DNA of 64,000 nt from an uncultured Candidatus Saccharibacteria bacterium (GTDB lineage Bacteria; Patescibacteriota; Minisyncoccia; UBA6257; 2-01-FULL-56-20): positions 238,850 through 302,849 of the forward strand of contig OZ246418.1 in the NCBI GenBank assembly GCA_965231155.1, in the 5' to 3' direction. Under the pieces are notes generated by a model. That model had not been told where the DNA came from, made no database searches, and saw only the letters and a list, made by a program, of their open reading frames with translations. Below, in pieces: positions 9,668 through 18,862 of this stretch. Position 1 is the stretch's first letter. Each line of letters begins with the position of its first letter. The translations under genes were made by a program, and so were the position numbers.

Positions 9668-9937
9668 TTACTTGTTCTCAGTTTTCGATTCCAAGAGAGA
9701 ACTCACCCACTTCTTCAATTTGAGATAGAGAGCCTTCTCTTCATTAGACAAGAGGATGAGACCAAGTATCAACACTACGGCTGGCCAGGAGGTGAGGATG
9801 AGTTTTAGGTAGGTATCGATAAGACTTAATATATTTGTCAGAAAAACAAACGGATCGTACGACTGCACTAAGATGATAACGAGGATAATCGCCGTGACCG
9901 AAATTCCTGGGTTTTCTTTAATATAGTCTTTAATCAT
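9668..9937 (-). CDS. Small 2-TM membrane protein, first gene of the CYTH/Cys-rich operon
   Basis: 89 aa, two hydrophobic helices; stop abuts the CYTH start. Confidence 0.4.
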   Translation of the reverse strand: MIKDYIKENPGISVTAIILVIILVQSYDPFVFLTNILSLIDTYLKLILTSWPAVVLILGLILLSNEEKALYLKLKKWVSSLLESKTENK

Positions 9938-10053
9938 TACGAATTATTGTAAGGCCTTATTCCTGTTTTTAACATAGAATTGACAGAAACACCTTCTGTG
10001 TCGTCGTGTGAAGCAATATTCCTATTCCTACTCTCATTATATAGAATGAACTG

Positions 10054-11088
10054 ATGCAACGAATTGTGGTCAAAGTTGGCACGAAAGCCATCTCGACTGA
10101 AAACGGAGGCCTCGATGAAACAATCCTCGAGAATCTCGCGGATCAGATTACCGCCCTCAGAAGGAAAGGGGTGGAGGTTGTCCTTGTCACTTCTGGAGCG
10201 GTGGGGGCCGGACGGGGCCTAATCAAAACCAAAGAAAAACAAGTTTTGGCAGCGGTAGGCCAGGTGAAACTGATGTCTCTCTATGCCGAGCTCTTTAGGA
10301 AGCGCGGTCATCTTTGTGCGCAAGTTCTCGTCACTAAAGAAGATTTCCGAGATCGTATTCACTACTTCAACATGCAAAGCTGTTTAGAAAACTTACTGCA
10401 AGAAAAAGTACTCCCGATTGTAAATGAGAATGACGTGATTGCAACCACCGAACTCTTCTTCACCGACAATGATGAACTGGCTGGGCTCCTCGCCTCCCAA
10501 CTCAACGCCGATACGGTTATCATCCTTACCAGCGTCGATGGAGTTCTGGCAGATGGCAAAATCATTCCAGAGATAAATTTTTCTACTATCCAAGAAATCC
10601 AGAAACATATCACTCCAGAGAAATCGACTTTTGGCCGAGGAGGAATGCTTACGAAGTTTGCAATCGCAAAGAAGCTGGCCCTCCAAGGCATTACCACCTA
10701 TATCGCCAATGGAAAGAAATCGAATGTTCTCATTGAACTTCTCAGAGGAGAAGTAGCAGGTACAAAATTTATTCCGCAAAAGAAACTGTCGGCATTGAAA
10801 AGACGGTTGGCCTATTCCGAAGGACTCACTCGAGGAACAGTTGCCGTGAACGACTGTACTGAAGAAATGCTTCTCTCTCAAAAAAAGATTATGAGCCTTC
10901 TACCCGTTGGTATTACAGCTGTTTCTGGAAATTTTAAGAAAGGAGATATTGTAGAGATAGTCACTCCACATAAAAAACGAATTGGTTTCGGAGTAGCTCA
11001 GTACGACTCAGAAAAGGCAAGGTTGGTGATTGGAAAAAAGAATATGAAACCATTCCTCCACTACAACTATCTATTTATTGACGGCTAA
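10054..11088 (+). CDS. proB: Glutamate 5-kinase with C-terminal PUA domain
   Basis: 'KVGTKAIS...VVLVTSGAVGAGRG' amino-acid-kinase N-terminus and C-terminal PUA-like segment. Confidence 0.85.
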   Translation: MQRIVVKVGTKAISTENGGLDETILENLADQITALRRKGVEVVLVTSGAVGAGRGLIKTKEKQVLAAVGQVKLMSLYAELFRKRGHLCAQVLVTKEDFRDRIHYFNMQSCLENLLQEKVLPIVNENDVIATTELFFTDNDELAGLLASQLNADTVIILTSVDGVLADGKIIPEINFSTIQEIQKHITPEKSTFGRGGMLTKFAIAKKLALQGITTYIANGKKSNVLIELLRGEVAGTKFIPQKKLSALKRRLAYSEGLTRGTVAVNDCTEEMLLSQKKIMSLLPVGITAVSGNFKKGDIVEIVTPHKKRIGFGVAQYDSEKARLVIGKKNMKPFLHYNYLFIDG

Positions 11089-11095
11089 GAATTAA

Positions 11096-11449
11096 CTAGA
11101 GATTGAATTCGAGTTGTTGTGGAGTCCTCGAAGTTTTTTTATGTTCTGCGATATCTTCAGTCGATGAAGTAGGTGAGATCTCCTGGGGAGTAGTCTTCTC
11201 CAAAATTTTTTCTACCTCGCGCTTCATACTTTCCAGAATATGCCTGGGAATAAAAATGGGTTCTCTTTGCACGTACAACCGACTCCCAGTCTCTACCACC
11301 CGGCCGTTACGATCGCGAGTAAATTGCAAAGTTGTACCACCATGGATTATTTCAATTGCATTCCCAACCTTCACCCAACAAAATTTCCAGTCGGGAGGAC
11401 AACCTCGTGTCTCTAAAGAGAGATCTCGCTCTATCGGCATCTTTTCCAT
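11096..11449 (-). CDS. Hypothetical protein
   Basis: 117-aa ORF with protein-like composition; the opposite-strand overlap looks non-coding. Confidence 0.35.
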   Translation of the reverse strand: MEKMPIERDLSLETRGCPPDWKFCWVKVGNAIEIIHGGTTLQFTRDRNGRVVETGSRLYVQREPIFIPRHILESMKREVEKILEKTTPQEISPTSSTEDIAEHKKTSRTPQQLEFNL

Positions 11450-11540
11450 ATGCCTTTATTGTACCAAATGGGAGAATGCTCCCTTGTTTGACTTAAACGA
11501 AGAGCGCGTGATAAAAGAACAGGAGAAAGGAGTCTTGCGG

Positions 11541-11771
11541 ATGGAGAAAGCTGTGTGGCAAAAAGAACTCATCCGAGATCTGGTTGGCGACGAACCAAAG
11601 GCGTTCGCTTATGATATCGGAGTGAGCCTTACGACTCTCTACAATTACATGAACGGAAGGCTCCCATCGACAGAGATTCTCTTCCGGATTGCTCGGTACA
11701 CTGGGCGTCCGATGGAGGATTTTCTGCGATCGCCTCAAGTCCAAACAGCAGAACTTCGACGAGTCGGCTAA
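11541..11771 (+). CDS. XRE-family helix-turn-helix transcriptional regulator
   Basis: 'AFAYDIGVSLTTLYNYMNGRLPSTEILFRIARYTG' Cro/C1-type HTH; start chosen at ATG 11541 inside the longer track ORF. Confidence 0.6.
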   Translation: MEKAVWQKELIRDLVGDEPKAFAYDIGVSLTTLYNYMNGRLPSTEILFRIARYTGRPMEDFLRSPQVQTAELRRVG

Positions 11772-11819
11772 AAGCACTAGAACATTTCTAGCGCTTTTTT
11801 ATTTATTAAAAAAAGAAAA

Positions 11820-12290
11820 AGCCCCAGGCACGTTGCAACGTGTGGAGCCTAGTGAGTAACGGTGGGCCGATGAGATCCCCTCGACTTACGCCGAGGAAGA
11901 CTCTGCTGAAGAGCAGTCGTATCGTCGGCGACAAGCCACTCCCTAACCTTCCCTACGACTCCCCGAGCACCCTTCTGCCTCAGAGCCTCCGCTCCGAGAT
12001 TCTGTACCGCCTCCCGCTCGGAAGAACCCGAAGCGCTTAGTCGAATGTCTGGTCCAAGTCCATGACCAGAACGCACAGGAGCCTCCCCTGGCCCCTTGGT
12101 AAGAATCTTGAGACCCATGCAGTCTATGACCGCGTGGGCTGTCCAAACAGTACTTTTCATAATCACCTCGCTGAGCAGAAAATAACACAAAATGATAAAT
12201 CTGTACAGAGCCTGAAAGATCAATCAGGCTCAAGGGAAGTGATCCAAACTTTCGCCACAAAACTCGAATATGCTGGTTTTTTATTCTCCA
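11820..12290 (-). ncRNA. Candidate structured noncoding RNA (identity unresolved) in a GC-rich island
   Basis: ~470 nt with no convincing ORF in any frame; GC well above flanks; terminator-like hairpin plus T-run at its 11.82-kb end on the minus strand; bounded upstream by the 12262-12296 terminator. Confidence 0.2.
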
Positions 12291-12296
12291 TAAAAA
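12262..12296 (-). terminator. Rho-independent terminator of the hydrolase gene
   Basis: 7-bp stem gagctcg/cgagctc followed by TTTTTTAT on the minus strand. Confidence 0.6.
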
Positions 12297-12306
12297 AGAG
12301 CTCGGC

Positions 12307-13068
12307 TTACGCAGCACGAGCTCGCACTTCATCAAGACCAAGGTGATGGCGAATCACTACCGGGAAACTATCATGGGTGAGGCAGTCGGTGTGCACAGTT
12401 TTCCGATGAAGAACCGGATAGATACTGCGCATAGCCTTCGTGCCAAGCACATGATTTGTTACCCCGGGAATGAAACAGCTTTCAGGAGGAGCAATTGGAT
12501 CGTGAGGCGTGGAAATCGTTACGATCCGTTCTCCTTCTTCAGAGAGTCGCTCGCGCATCTCCCTGAAATGAGCCGGCGGATCGCTCGGATCAAAACCGAG
12601 ACGATATCCAGCAAACCGTTGCAATGGCTCGAATGGCGTCCCCCAAATTGGAGAGCCCACTGCCACCACTAAAGGAATGAGTGGCCAGCTTCTTGCCACT
12701 GCTACCGCCTGAATCCCTCCAAGACTGTGACCGGCAAGGGCCATAATCTTTCTTCCTTGAGCGTAGATTGCATGAATCCCTTCTTGCAACAGCTCGAGAG
12801 AATCGTTGAGGGATAGGAGGTTGAGTCCGAGGTACCGATCACCGACCTGCGGAAAAATGACAGAAAACCCTGTTCGGCTCTCAATCGACTCTGCCCAATT
12901 TTGGTAGAGCACTGGATGAGAGCCAATACCTCCCACGAAGACGATGACTTCGTCAGCGGGTCGACGAGCGGCTGGACGACATTCTTTTTCTTCGCCCCCG
13001 CAGTAGAGCTTCCAAGCTCCATGCAACTCCCGAAGGAGTTGCGCCCGAGACATACCATTTTTTGCCAT
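12307..13068 (-). CDS. Alpha/beta-fold hydrolase (lipase/esterase-like GxSxG)
   Basis: 'LAGHSLGG' nucleophile elbow; start chosen at MAKNGMSRAQ (GGAGGAGG Shine-Dalgarno upstream) inside track ORF 12307..13176. Confidence 0.65.
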   Translation of the reverse strand: MAKNGMSRAQLLRELHGAWKLYCGGEEKECRPAARRPADEVIVFVGGIGSHPVLYQNWAESIESRTGFSVIFPQVGDRYLGLNLLSLNDSLELLQEGIHAIYAQGRKIMALAGHSLGGIQAVAVARSWPLIPLVVAVGSPIWGTPFEPLQRFAGYRLGFDPSDPPAHFREMRERLSEEGERIVTISTPHDPIAPPESCFIPGVTNHVLGTKAMRSIYPVLHRKTVHTDCLTHDSFPVVIRHHLGLDEVRARAA

Positions 13069-13172
13069 GACCTCCTCCTTCGAGTTTTTGCTACCCTTAC
13101 TAATTTCATTATACACCACTCGGGAACTTCTTGAATGAAACAAAAAGCCGCATACCTTAGACAAGCAGCGGC

Positions 13173-13421
13173 TCACAGAAGAAGGTCGCCATGCACAATA
13201 TTAGTCATGGCATCCAGCATCCAGTGATGGTGATGCGCACACCAGTACTTTACCTTCCCAAACTCAGAGTGGAGATCTTGACCAACTCTCTTCCAACCAC
13301 AAGTAGGACAAAGAATGATGCTTCGAGAGGAGTCCTCCTCTTCATATCTTTCACCGTCTCGATAGGCCCTGACACCAAATCTTTTTGGTGGAGGGACATC
13401 TCCTTCATCAAGGAAACCCAT
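13173..13421 (-). CDS. Small zinc-binding protein (hypothetical)
   Basis: 82 aa, 'CPTCGWKRV...CAHHHH' Cys/His cluster. Confidence 0.35.
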   Translation of the reverse strand: MGFLDEGDVPPPKRFGVRAYRDGERYEEEDSSRSIILCPTCGWKRVGQDLHSEFGKVKYWCAHHHHWMLDAMTNIVHGDLLL

Positions 13422-13699
13422 AATGACCCTCCTTCCTCTTGTTTTCTCCTGACTCGGTCTATTCGTAGTATATCAAAATTAGATGAAAAACCTCTCCTCA
13501 GGTTTTTCATCTAATTCCCAAGAATAGGGGGATAAAAAAACAACTAGTGCTTCTTTGGTCCTTTCTTCTTTTTGTCGTCGTCGTGATCAGAATGCCCACT
13601 CCCGTGAAGTCGACTAAAAAATACAAGAACACCGAAGAGTATAACGATTTGCCAGAAAACCATATGGGTAAAGTATACCGTTTTTTCTGTATTAATACG

Positions 13700-13740
13700 A
13701 GAAATAAAAACCCCGCGTAGAGTATATCTACAACGGGGAA
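13700..13740 (-). terminator. Rho-independent terminator
   Basis: ccccgttgtagatatactctacgcgggg hairpin followed by TTTTTAT on the minus strand. Confidence 0.55.
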
Positions 13741-13759
13741 ACTGAAAGAGCTAACGGCC

Positions 13760-14044
13760 CTAGGGCTTCTTGGTTGCCCGGGCCGCCTTTGTCCTGGCTT
13801 GGCTGCGTTGCTGTTCAGCTTTATTGGCGACTTTCGCCTGGAGTCCGGGAGGACATCCCAACTCGAGAAGCTTAGAAAGCACCTCCGGGTCAATGCTCGT
13901 TTTCACCGCACAACGAAAGGCCGAGAGCCACCGACTGGTGGCACGCTCCTTGGCTCGGTACAGTTCAGCGAGCGTACGATAGAGCGCCTCAGGATCGTCT
14001 CGAGCCAGGTCGGCAATCGACTGTTTCTTTGTCCGCTGATACAT
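13760..14044 (-). CDS. Hypothetical basic protein in a GC-rich patch
   Basis: 94-aa ORF followed by a clean terminator; local GC elevated. Confidence 0.4.
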   Translation of the reverse strand: MYQRTKKQSIADLARDDPEALYRTLAELYRAKERATSRWLSAFRCAVKTSIDPEVLSKLLELGCPPGLQAKVANKAEQQRSQARTKAARATKKP

Positions 14045-14121
14045 TCTTCCTCCTCGCCATTAGAGATGGGGCTTCAAGTGTTATAAACAATTCTATCCCC
14101 TCTGACAATAGAAAAAGGAGT

Positions 14122-15324
14122 TTAGTTCAAATAACTTTTTATGTCCCTCAAAATTACATCACTCGCAACGGAGTAGGAGTTCGTGCGATCCCTACTATCA
14201 AGTGCCGTGACAAGACCAATTACGTACCCTCGCCAGAAGAGCGGTGAACCAGATCGTCCATGATAAATCTCCATTTTAGTAACAATACTCAGTGGCGTTC
14301 CTTTATAATACTGATCACCTTCTTCAATCTGCACAATTCTTCCAACACTTCCTGTGAAATAGAGTGTTTCAAAATCACTCTGTTTTCCTTCTGTAACATC
14401 TCCGGGGAATCCGTAGGTAAACACTTCTTTATTCGGGATATCTAAGTCCTTGAGTGGCAAAAGTCTGGCATACTCAAACGAAGCAGGGAGCGAGGAGATA
14501 CCAAATGTCGGCGCTTCGTCGGTCAGTCCAACAATTTTCAATAATGCAAAATCAGCCATAAAACTCTCTCCCTCACTCATTCCTAATCGGTCCCGCACAT
14601 AGATCTTTTGCAGTTTATATCCAAGAACTGGTACCTGGGCACTTGGGTTATAGGTAAGAATTTCTTGTTTTGTAGGTAGTACCAACCCCCGAGCAACTCT
14701 TCCCGCACGGCAACTCCGTAAACTAAAATGTAGTGTCACTGAATAGCTATTTCCATTTATCTCCAAATTTGCCTCTTGCTCCTCACGCTCCAAAACGTGA
14801 CGATTGGTAATCACATACCCTCGTGGATCAATAATTACTCCCGAACCTTTCTGTTCAGTCTTCCCGTCCACTCGCGCCCCAGTCAGCGGATTCAAGAAAA
14901 AATAATCATAATCACAAACAATACCAAGAATACTTTGTGGATTGATAGATTGCTCTGAGGGAGGTTCTTTTACGGGAGTTATAGTAGTCGGTGAAGTAGT
15001 TGCTGATGAAGTCTGAGTTGGTAAAATATTTTTCAGAGTGGCCACTGGTTTCAGCGGAGGGACGGATGAATCTACTGAAGGAATTTTGATGTTCAGTTCG
15101 CTCGATGAAGCATTGTCGAAGGTGGGAATATTTTTAGAAGATGAATGGAACTGGAGAGACGAACTGCCCTTCTGAGTCGAAGTCACAACCACTTCCGACG
15201 ATTGTACTTCGAAACCACCTTGATCGTTTTCCACAATATCAATGGATACCTGAGAAGTTCTCAGCAAAAATAAAACAGCAACAAAAAGCACTAGTAGTCC
15301 TCCTAATAAGAACTTTTCTTTCAT
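14122..15324 (-). CDS. Membrane-anchored trypsin-like (S1/HtrA-type) serine protease
   Basis: N-terminal TM, Ser/Thr-rich linker, 'GSGVIIDPRGYVITNRHV' His region and 'HGRSGSPLF' catalytic Ser motif. Confidence 0.7.
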   Translation of the reverse strand: MKEKFLLGGLLVLFVAVLFLLRTSQVSIDIVENDQGGFEVQSSEVVVTSTQKGSSSLQFHSSSKNIPTFDNASSSELNIKIPSVDSSVPPLKPVATLKNILPTQTSSATTSPTTITPVKEPPSEQSINPQSILGIVCDYDYFFLNPLTGARVDGKTEQKGSGVIIDPRGYVITNRHVLEREEQEANLEINGNSYSVTLHFSLRSCRAGRVARGLVLPTKQEILTYNPSAQVPVLGYKLQKIYVRDRLGMSEGESFMADFALLKIVGLTDEAPTFGISSLPASFEYARLLPLKDLDIPNKEVFTYGFPGDVTEGKQSDFETLYFTGSVGRIVQIEEGDQYYKGTPLSIVTKMEIYHGRSGSPLFWRGYVIGLVTALDSRDRTNSYSVASDVILRDIKSYLN

Positions 15325-15528
15325 AACTTTATACTACTACTTCTCGAACCAGAAACAATTCGTGCTGTCTCTCGAGCAGTAAACAAAAAAAATCCCGGTG
15401 CGTATGCCACGGGAAATAAGAATCATCACTCTTTCTTCGAGAACGCTCGACGGAAACGTAGCAATTGACGAGAAGAAATCTTCCGCATATAAAGATTCCA
15501 GCACACATTCTCTATTCCGGAGGAGCTC

Positions 15529-16002
15529 ATGCCACGACAATCGGCTTTTGTGAAAGTTTCCGGAGATGTTTGCACCTCTCCGGTGTTTCTGGAATTTGTC
15601 CGCTCTATCAGCCACAACTACGAAGTAGTTGTCTGTGTCGGCGGGGGAACTCAGATCAACCAAGCCTTCCTTGAAGCTGGCTTGCTAGTCGAAAAATATG
15701 GACCACTGGGCCGAGAAACCAAATCGCTCAGAGAACGCCAGCTGGCTCGAGATGTTCTCGAAGAAAATAAGATTGCCGTGCAAGACGCACTGGAATCACT
15801 GAAAATCTCGGCAACCGTCGTTATCCCCGTATTAGACATTGGCTCCGTTCTCTGTCATGTGAACGGCGATCAGATGATCCGCACGGTCTACTTGGGATTC
15901 GATAAACTCTATGTCGTCACCACAGGCGACAGAGTATCCCAAAAGAGGAAAGAATTTGCCAGCCTCCCTAAAGTCGAAGTTGTTTCCCTCTCACCATCCT
16001 GA
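15529..16002 (+). CDS. Truncated UMP-kinase-like amino-acid-kinase-family protein (157 aa)
   Basis: 'VKVSGDV', 'VVVCVGGGTQINQAF', 'AVQDALESLKISATVV' align to the PyrH N-terminal half; the C-terminal half is absent. Confidence 0.4.
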   Translation: MPRQSAFVKVSGDVCTSPVFLEFVRSISHNYEVVVCVGGGTQINQAFLEAGLLVEKYGPLGRETKSLRERQLARDVLEENKIAVQDALESLKISATVVIPVLDIGSVLCHVNGDQMIRTVYLGFDKLYVVTTGDRVSQKRKEFASLPKVEVVSLSPS

Positions 16003-16090
16003 CCCACGGATGGTTTTTATTTTTCTCAAACTCAATTTGACAATGACCTCACAAAAATCTAATAATTCCTCTTAGAGGAGGATTTTTGAG

Positions 16091-16456
16091 ATGAGGAAAT
16101 TTTTAGGAGTAATGGTTCTCCTGTTCTTTGTGACTCCAGTGACTCTGTCCGCAACAAAAGCGGATGAAAACCTGGAGATCGCCCGAAGAGTCAAGGATGC
16201 GCTTCGGGAAAAATACCTCGCGACGAGGGTGATGGCCGAGTGTCTTAACTCACCAGACTGCGAGAAGGAGTTGGGAATTAAAGTTCCTGCAAGCACTGAT
16301 GTGATGGTCGTCGTTCGCGTGAACTCCCAAGAACTTCATCAGTGGGAGATCTACGTCACTCAACCAGGGACAGACAACCCCCCGGTGCTGGTCCGATTCA
16401 ACTTCTTCACGCAGGAAACCCCTCCCTGTTTGGAAGAGCGCAAGATACCAATATAA
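16091..16456 (+). CDS. Small secreted protein (hypothetical)
   Basis: GAGGAGG Shine-Dalgarno, signal peptide 'MRKFLGVMVLLFFVTPVTLSA', terminator downstream. Confidence 0.5.
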   Translation: MRKFLGVMVLLFFVTPVTLSATKADENLEIARRVKDALREKYLATRVMAECLNSPDCEKELGIKVPASTDVMVVVRVNSQELHQWEIYVTQPGTDNPPVLVRFNFFTQETPPCLEERKIPI

Positions 16457-16574
16457 ACCTGACAGAGACGCTATCTCTTCGGGTTTTTTTATTTTTTAAA
16501 AAGAAAAAACTATCTCTTACTTATACTCCTACTCTCCTGATGGTATAGTAATAAGACTACCTCCTCTTTTCTTC

Positions 16575-18083
16575 ATGCGTAACTTTCTCGTCTCCATCCT
16601 TCGATCAATTGAAAAAGGGCTTTCGGAAAATCCCTACATTATTCGCTGGTGGACACGCTACCCTCGATTATCAAGTTTCCTCCAGAAAAGACTTACCGTG
16701 AGAAGTCGCTATGGCTTCTTTTTTTCCCTAGGAGTTCTCATTAGTCTTTTTATTTTTTCCTACTTTCTGAAAACAGCAAATATACTATTCCGTAATCCAC
16801 TCGAAACTCCTGATATTCGAATTGCCAATCTCTTCCTCGTCTATCGCCATCCAGCAGTTGAGCAAATACTCCTTTTCTTCACCCATCTCGCACACTGGCA
16901 AACGATCTGTAGCCTTGGTGCAATCGTCCTCCTTCTCCTCTTGCTCCAAAAAAGAAAGAGGGAGGCCTGGTTTTTCTTCGGAGGAGTAGCGATGAGTGGT
17001 CTTATTCTTCTCTTATTTAAAAGTTTCTTTCAAAGAAGCCGCCCGGATGAAATCTACGCGCTACTCGTCGAACACAGCCACTCCTTTCCCAGTGGACATG
17101 CAACTCTCTCGGTGGTCTTCTACGGTCTCATCGCCTATGGCCTCATACGACAGACAAATAAACGCGCCCGGAAAGAACTCATCGGACTAGGAGCAATTCT
17201 TTTGATTTTTACTATCGGCCTGTCGCGAGTCTATCTTGGCGTGCACTGGACCTCGGATGTCATTGGCGGTTGGTATCTCGGATCGGCATTACTTGTTTTT
17301 ATCATCACCCTCTTCAAAGAGCGTGAACGGAGTGTACCGCTCATACGAGAAACCTCACCCACAAATAAAAAAATAAAAAGCTTGGCACTCGTCCTACTCC
17401 TTCTCGAGTTTGAATTTGTTTTTCTCCTCTTCCAGAATCAGCCCCTCCTCGAACTCCCCCAACAACAAACAATTTCTTTTAATCTCTCGACCACCACTTC
17501 TTCTAGCCTGGAAACAACAATCCTGAATAATAACTTTCCAAAATTTAGTGAAACATTAACTGGGGAAAAGATGTCGCCAGTTAGTTTCGTAGTCGTTGGT
17601 TCCGAGGAAAAAATAATCACTGCCTTCAAGACAGCCGGATGGTTCTTGGCCGAGAAGCCGAACTTAGGGAATCTCCTCTACCTAGCCTACGCGGCCATCA
17701 CGAATAAACCCTATCCAACTGCACCGGTCACTCCAACCTTTCTCGACGCCCAGCCAGAAGATATGGCTTTCCAAAAAGCGACCGAAGCAAACTCGGTCAA
17801 AGAACGACACCACACTCGTTTCTGGAAAACCAACTTCTCTTTCGAGAATCAACCGTTATGGATCGCCACCGCCAGCTTTGATGCAGGTCTTCGCTACTTT
17901 ATTACTCACCGTATCGCTCCTGATATCGACACCGAGCGCGATTATATAAAAAATGATCTCATGCAAACTGGCATGATCCACGAGATCAAAGAGGTACAAC
18001 TTGTCCGACCAGTCCTAGGGAAAAATCAAATTGGTGATCAGTTTTTCACCAACGGCCGAGCATACCTCATTATTCTTAAATAA
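16575..18083 (+). CDS. PAP2-superfamily membrane phosphatase fused to an LssY-like C-terminal domain
   Basis: PAP2 motifs 'KSFFQRSRPDE', 'SFPSGHA', 'SRVYLGVHWTSDV'; C-terminal ~170 aa resemble the LssY_C domain. Confidence 0.75.
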   Translation: MRNFLVSILRSIEKGLSENPYIIRWWTRYPRLSSFLQKRLTVRSRYGFFFSLGVLISLFIFSYFLKTANILFRNPLETPDIRIANLFLVYRHPAVEQILLFFTHLAHWQTICSLGAIVLLLLLLQKRKREAWFFFGGVAMSGLILLLFKSFFQRSRPDEIYALLVEHSHSFPSGHATLSVVFYGLIAYGLIRQTNKRARKELIGLGAILLIFTIGLSRVYLGVHWTSDVIGGWYLGSALLVFIITLFKERERSVPLIRETSPTNKKIKSLALVLLLLEFEFVFLLFQNQPLLELPQQQTISFNLSTTTSSSLETTILNNNFPKFSETLTGEKMSPVSFVVVGSEEKIITAFKTAGWFLAEKPNLGNLLYLAYAAITNKPYPTAPVTPTFLDAQPEDMAFQKATEANSVKERHHTRFWKTNFSFENQPLWIATASFDAGLRYFITHRIAPDIDTERDYIKNDLMQTGMIHEIKEVQLVRPVLGKNQIGDQFFTNGRAYLIILK

Positions 18084-18084
18084 A

Positions 18085-18112
18085 AAACCGCAGGCTCTAA
18101 AGAGAGTGCGGT
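18085..18112. terminator. Bidirectional terminator hairpin between convergent genes
   Basis: ccgcaggctctaaagagagtgcgg hairpin with A-run upstream and T-run downstream. Confidence 0.5.
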
Positions 18113-18113
18113 A

Positions 18114-18428
18114 CTATTTCTTGTCGTATGTGATCGGCTCGCCGGAAAGCTCGAGCTCGAGATCGGAGTAGATACTCCCCCCGCCATACTCATGGACGGA
18201 GAGAATACGCACGGGAAAGCTCGTTGGCCTTCCCCGGAAAGAACATCCAAGCCTGATCTCTTCCCCAGGCTTGATCTCGCTACTGAGCGAACCGATACAA
18301 ACTCTCTGGAGAACGCACCTCCGAGTCACGATGAGAGTTGCAATCAGTTCTTCCTTTGCCTCGAAACTGATCTCCGCCATAGGGGGCACCTCTGCGGCCA
18401 GTATATGCAACCAGTAGAAGGGAGTCAA
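18114..18428 (-). CDS. Hypothetical protein
   Basis: 104-aa ORF convergent with the PAP2 gene. Confidence 0.35.
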   Translation of the reverse strand: MTPFYWLHILAAEVPPMAEISFEAKEELIATLIVTRRCVLQRVCIGSLSSEIKPGEEIRLGCSFRGRPTSFPVRILSVHEYGGGSIYSDLELELSGEPITYDKK

Positions 18429-18470
18429 ATAAAAAAGGCCTGAAATAGTGAGACTATCCAGACCTAGTAA

Positions 18471-18695
18471 TCACCGGCGAGAATTCTGAGAAGTACGAGA
18501 AGTGGGCCAACTGTTCTCTTGGTAGAGATCCCAAGCAACCCACGGAGAAAAGACGAAGATGCAGACATTGATGAGCAGGCACTCCTGCCAATCCATCGGA
18601 GTCAGAACGGTACCGTTCTTTCGTCGTTCGTGAGCTGCTTTCAGCGTCACGAAGACATAGCAAGTGAGCCACATGGTTCCAAGAATCCAACCCAT
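18471..18695 (-). CDS. Small membrane protein (hypothetical)
   Basis: 74 aa, two hydrophobic segments. Confidence 0.3.
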   Translation of the reverse strand: MGWILGTMWLTCYVFVTLKAAHERRKNGTVLTPMDWQECLLINVCIFVFSPWVAWDLYQENSWPTSRTSQNSRR

Positions 18696-18862
18696 CTTCT
18701 GCTCCTCCTTTGGTTTCTCCCAAACTGAAAAAAGTATCCTCGATATTCATCTTCCAGTCAATGAATCTGAGGACAATAATCGATTAGATCTTTTGGTATA
18801 TTTTTACTCAAAAATAAAAAGGGTAGGAGATCCTAAGATTTCCTACCCAAGAATTAAAACGA

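Noticed and set aside
11103-11771. 222-aa plus-strand ORF spanning 11103-11771
   Set aside because: Only the last 76 aa form an XRE-type HTH. The N-terminal 146 aa are Cys/Ser-rich, non-protein-like and overlap a better minus-strand ORF (11096..11449). Start moved to ATG 11541.
11820-12290. RNase P RNA, tmRNA or SRP RNA as the identity of the GC-rich ORF-less segment
   Set aside because: Could not find the P4 motifs (GGAAAGUCCGGGCUCC / ACAGAACCCGGCUUA), a tRNA-like 3' end or the SRP domain-IV motif on either strand. Left as an unassigned candidate RNA.
15337-15663. 108-aa minus-strand ORF upstream of the protease gene
   Set aside because: Contains an internal terminator-like hairpin plus T-run (about 15385-15410) and overlaps the plus-strand kinase-like gene; no supporting signals.
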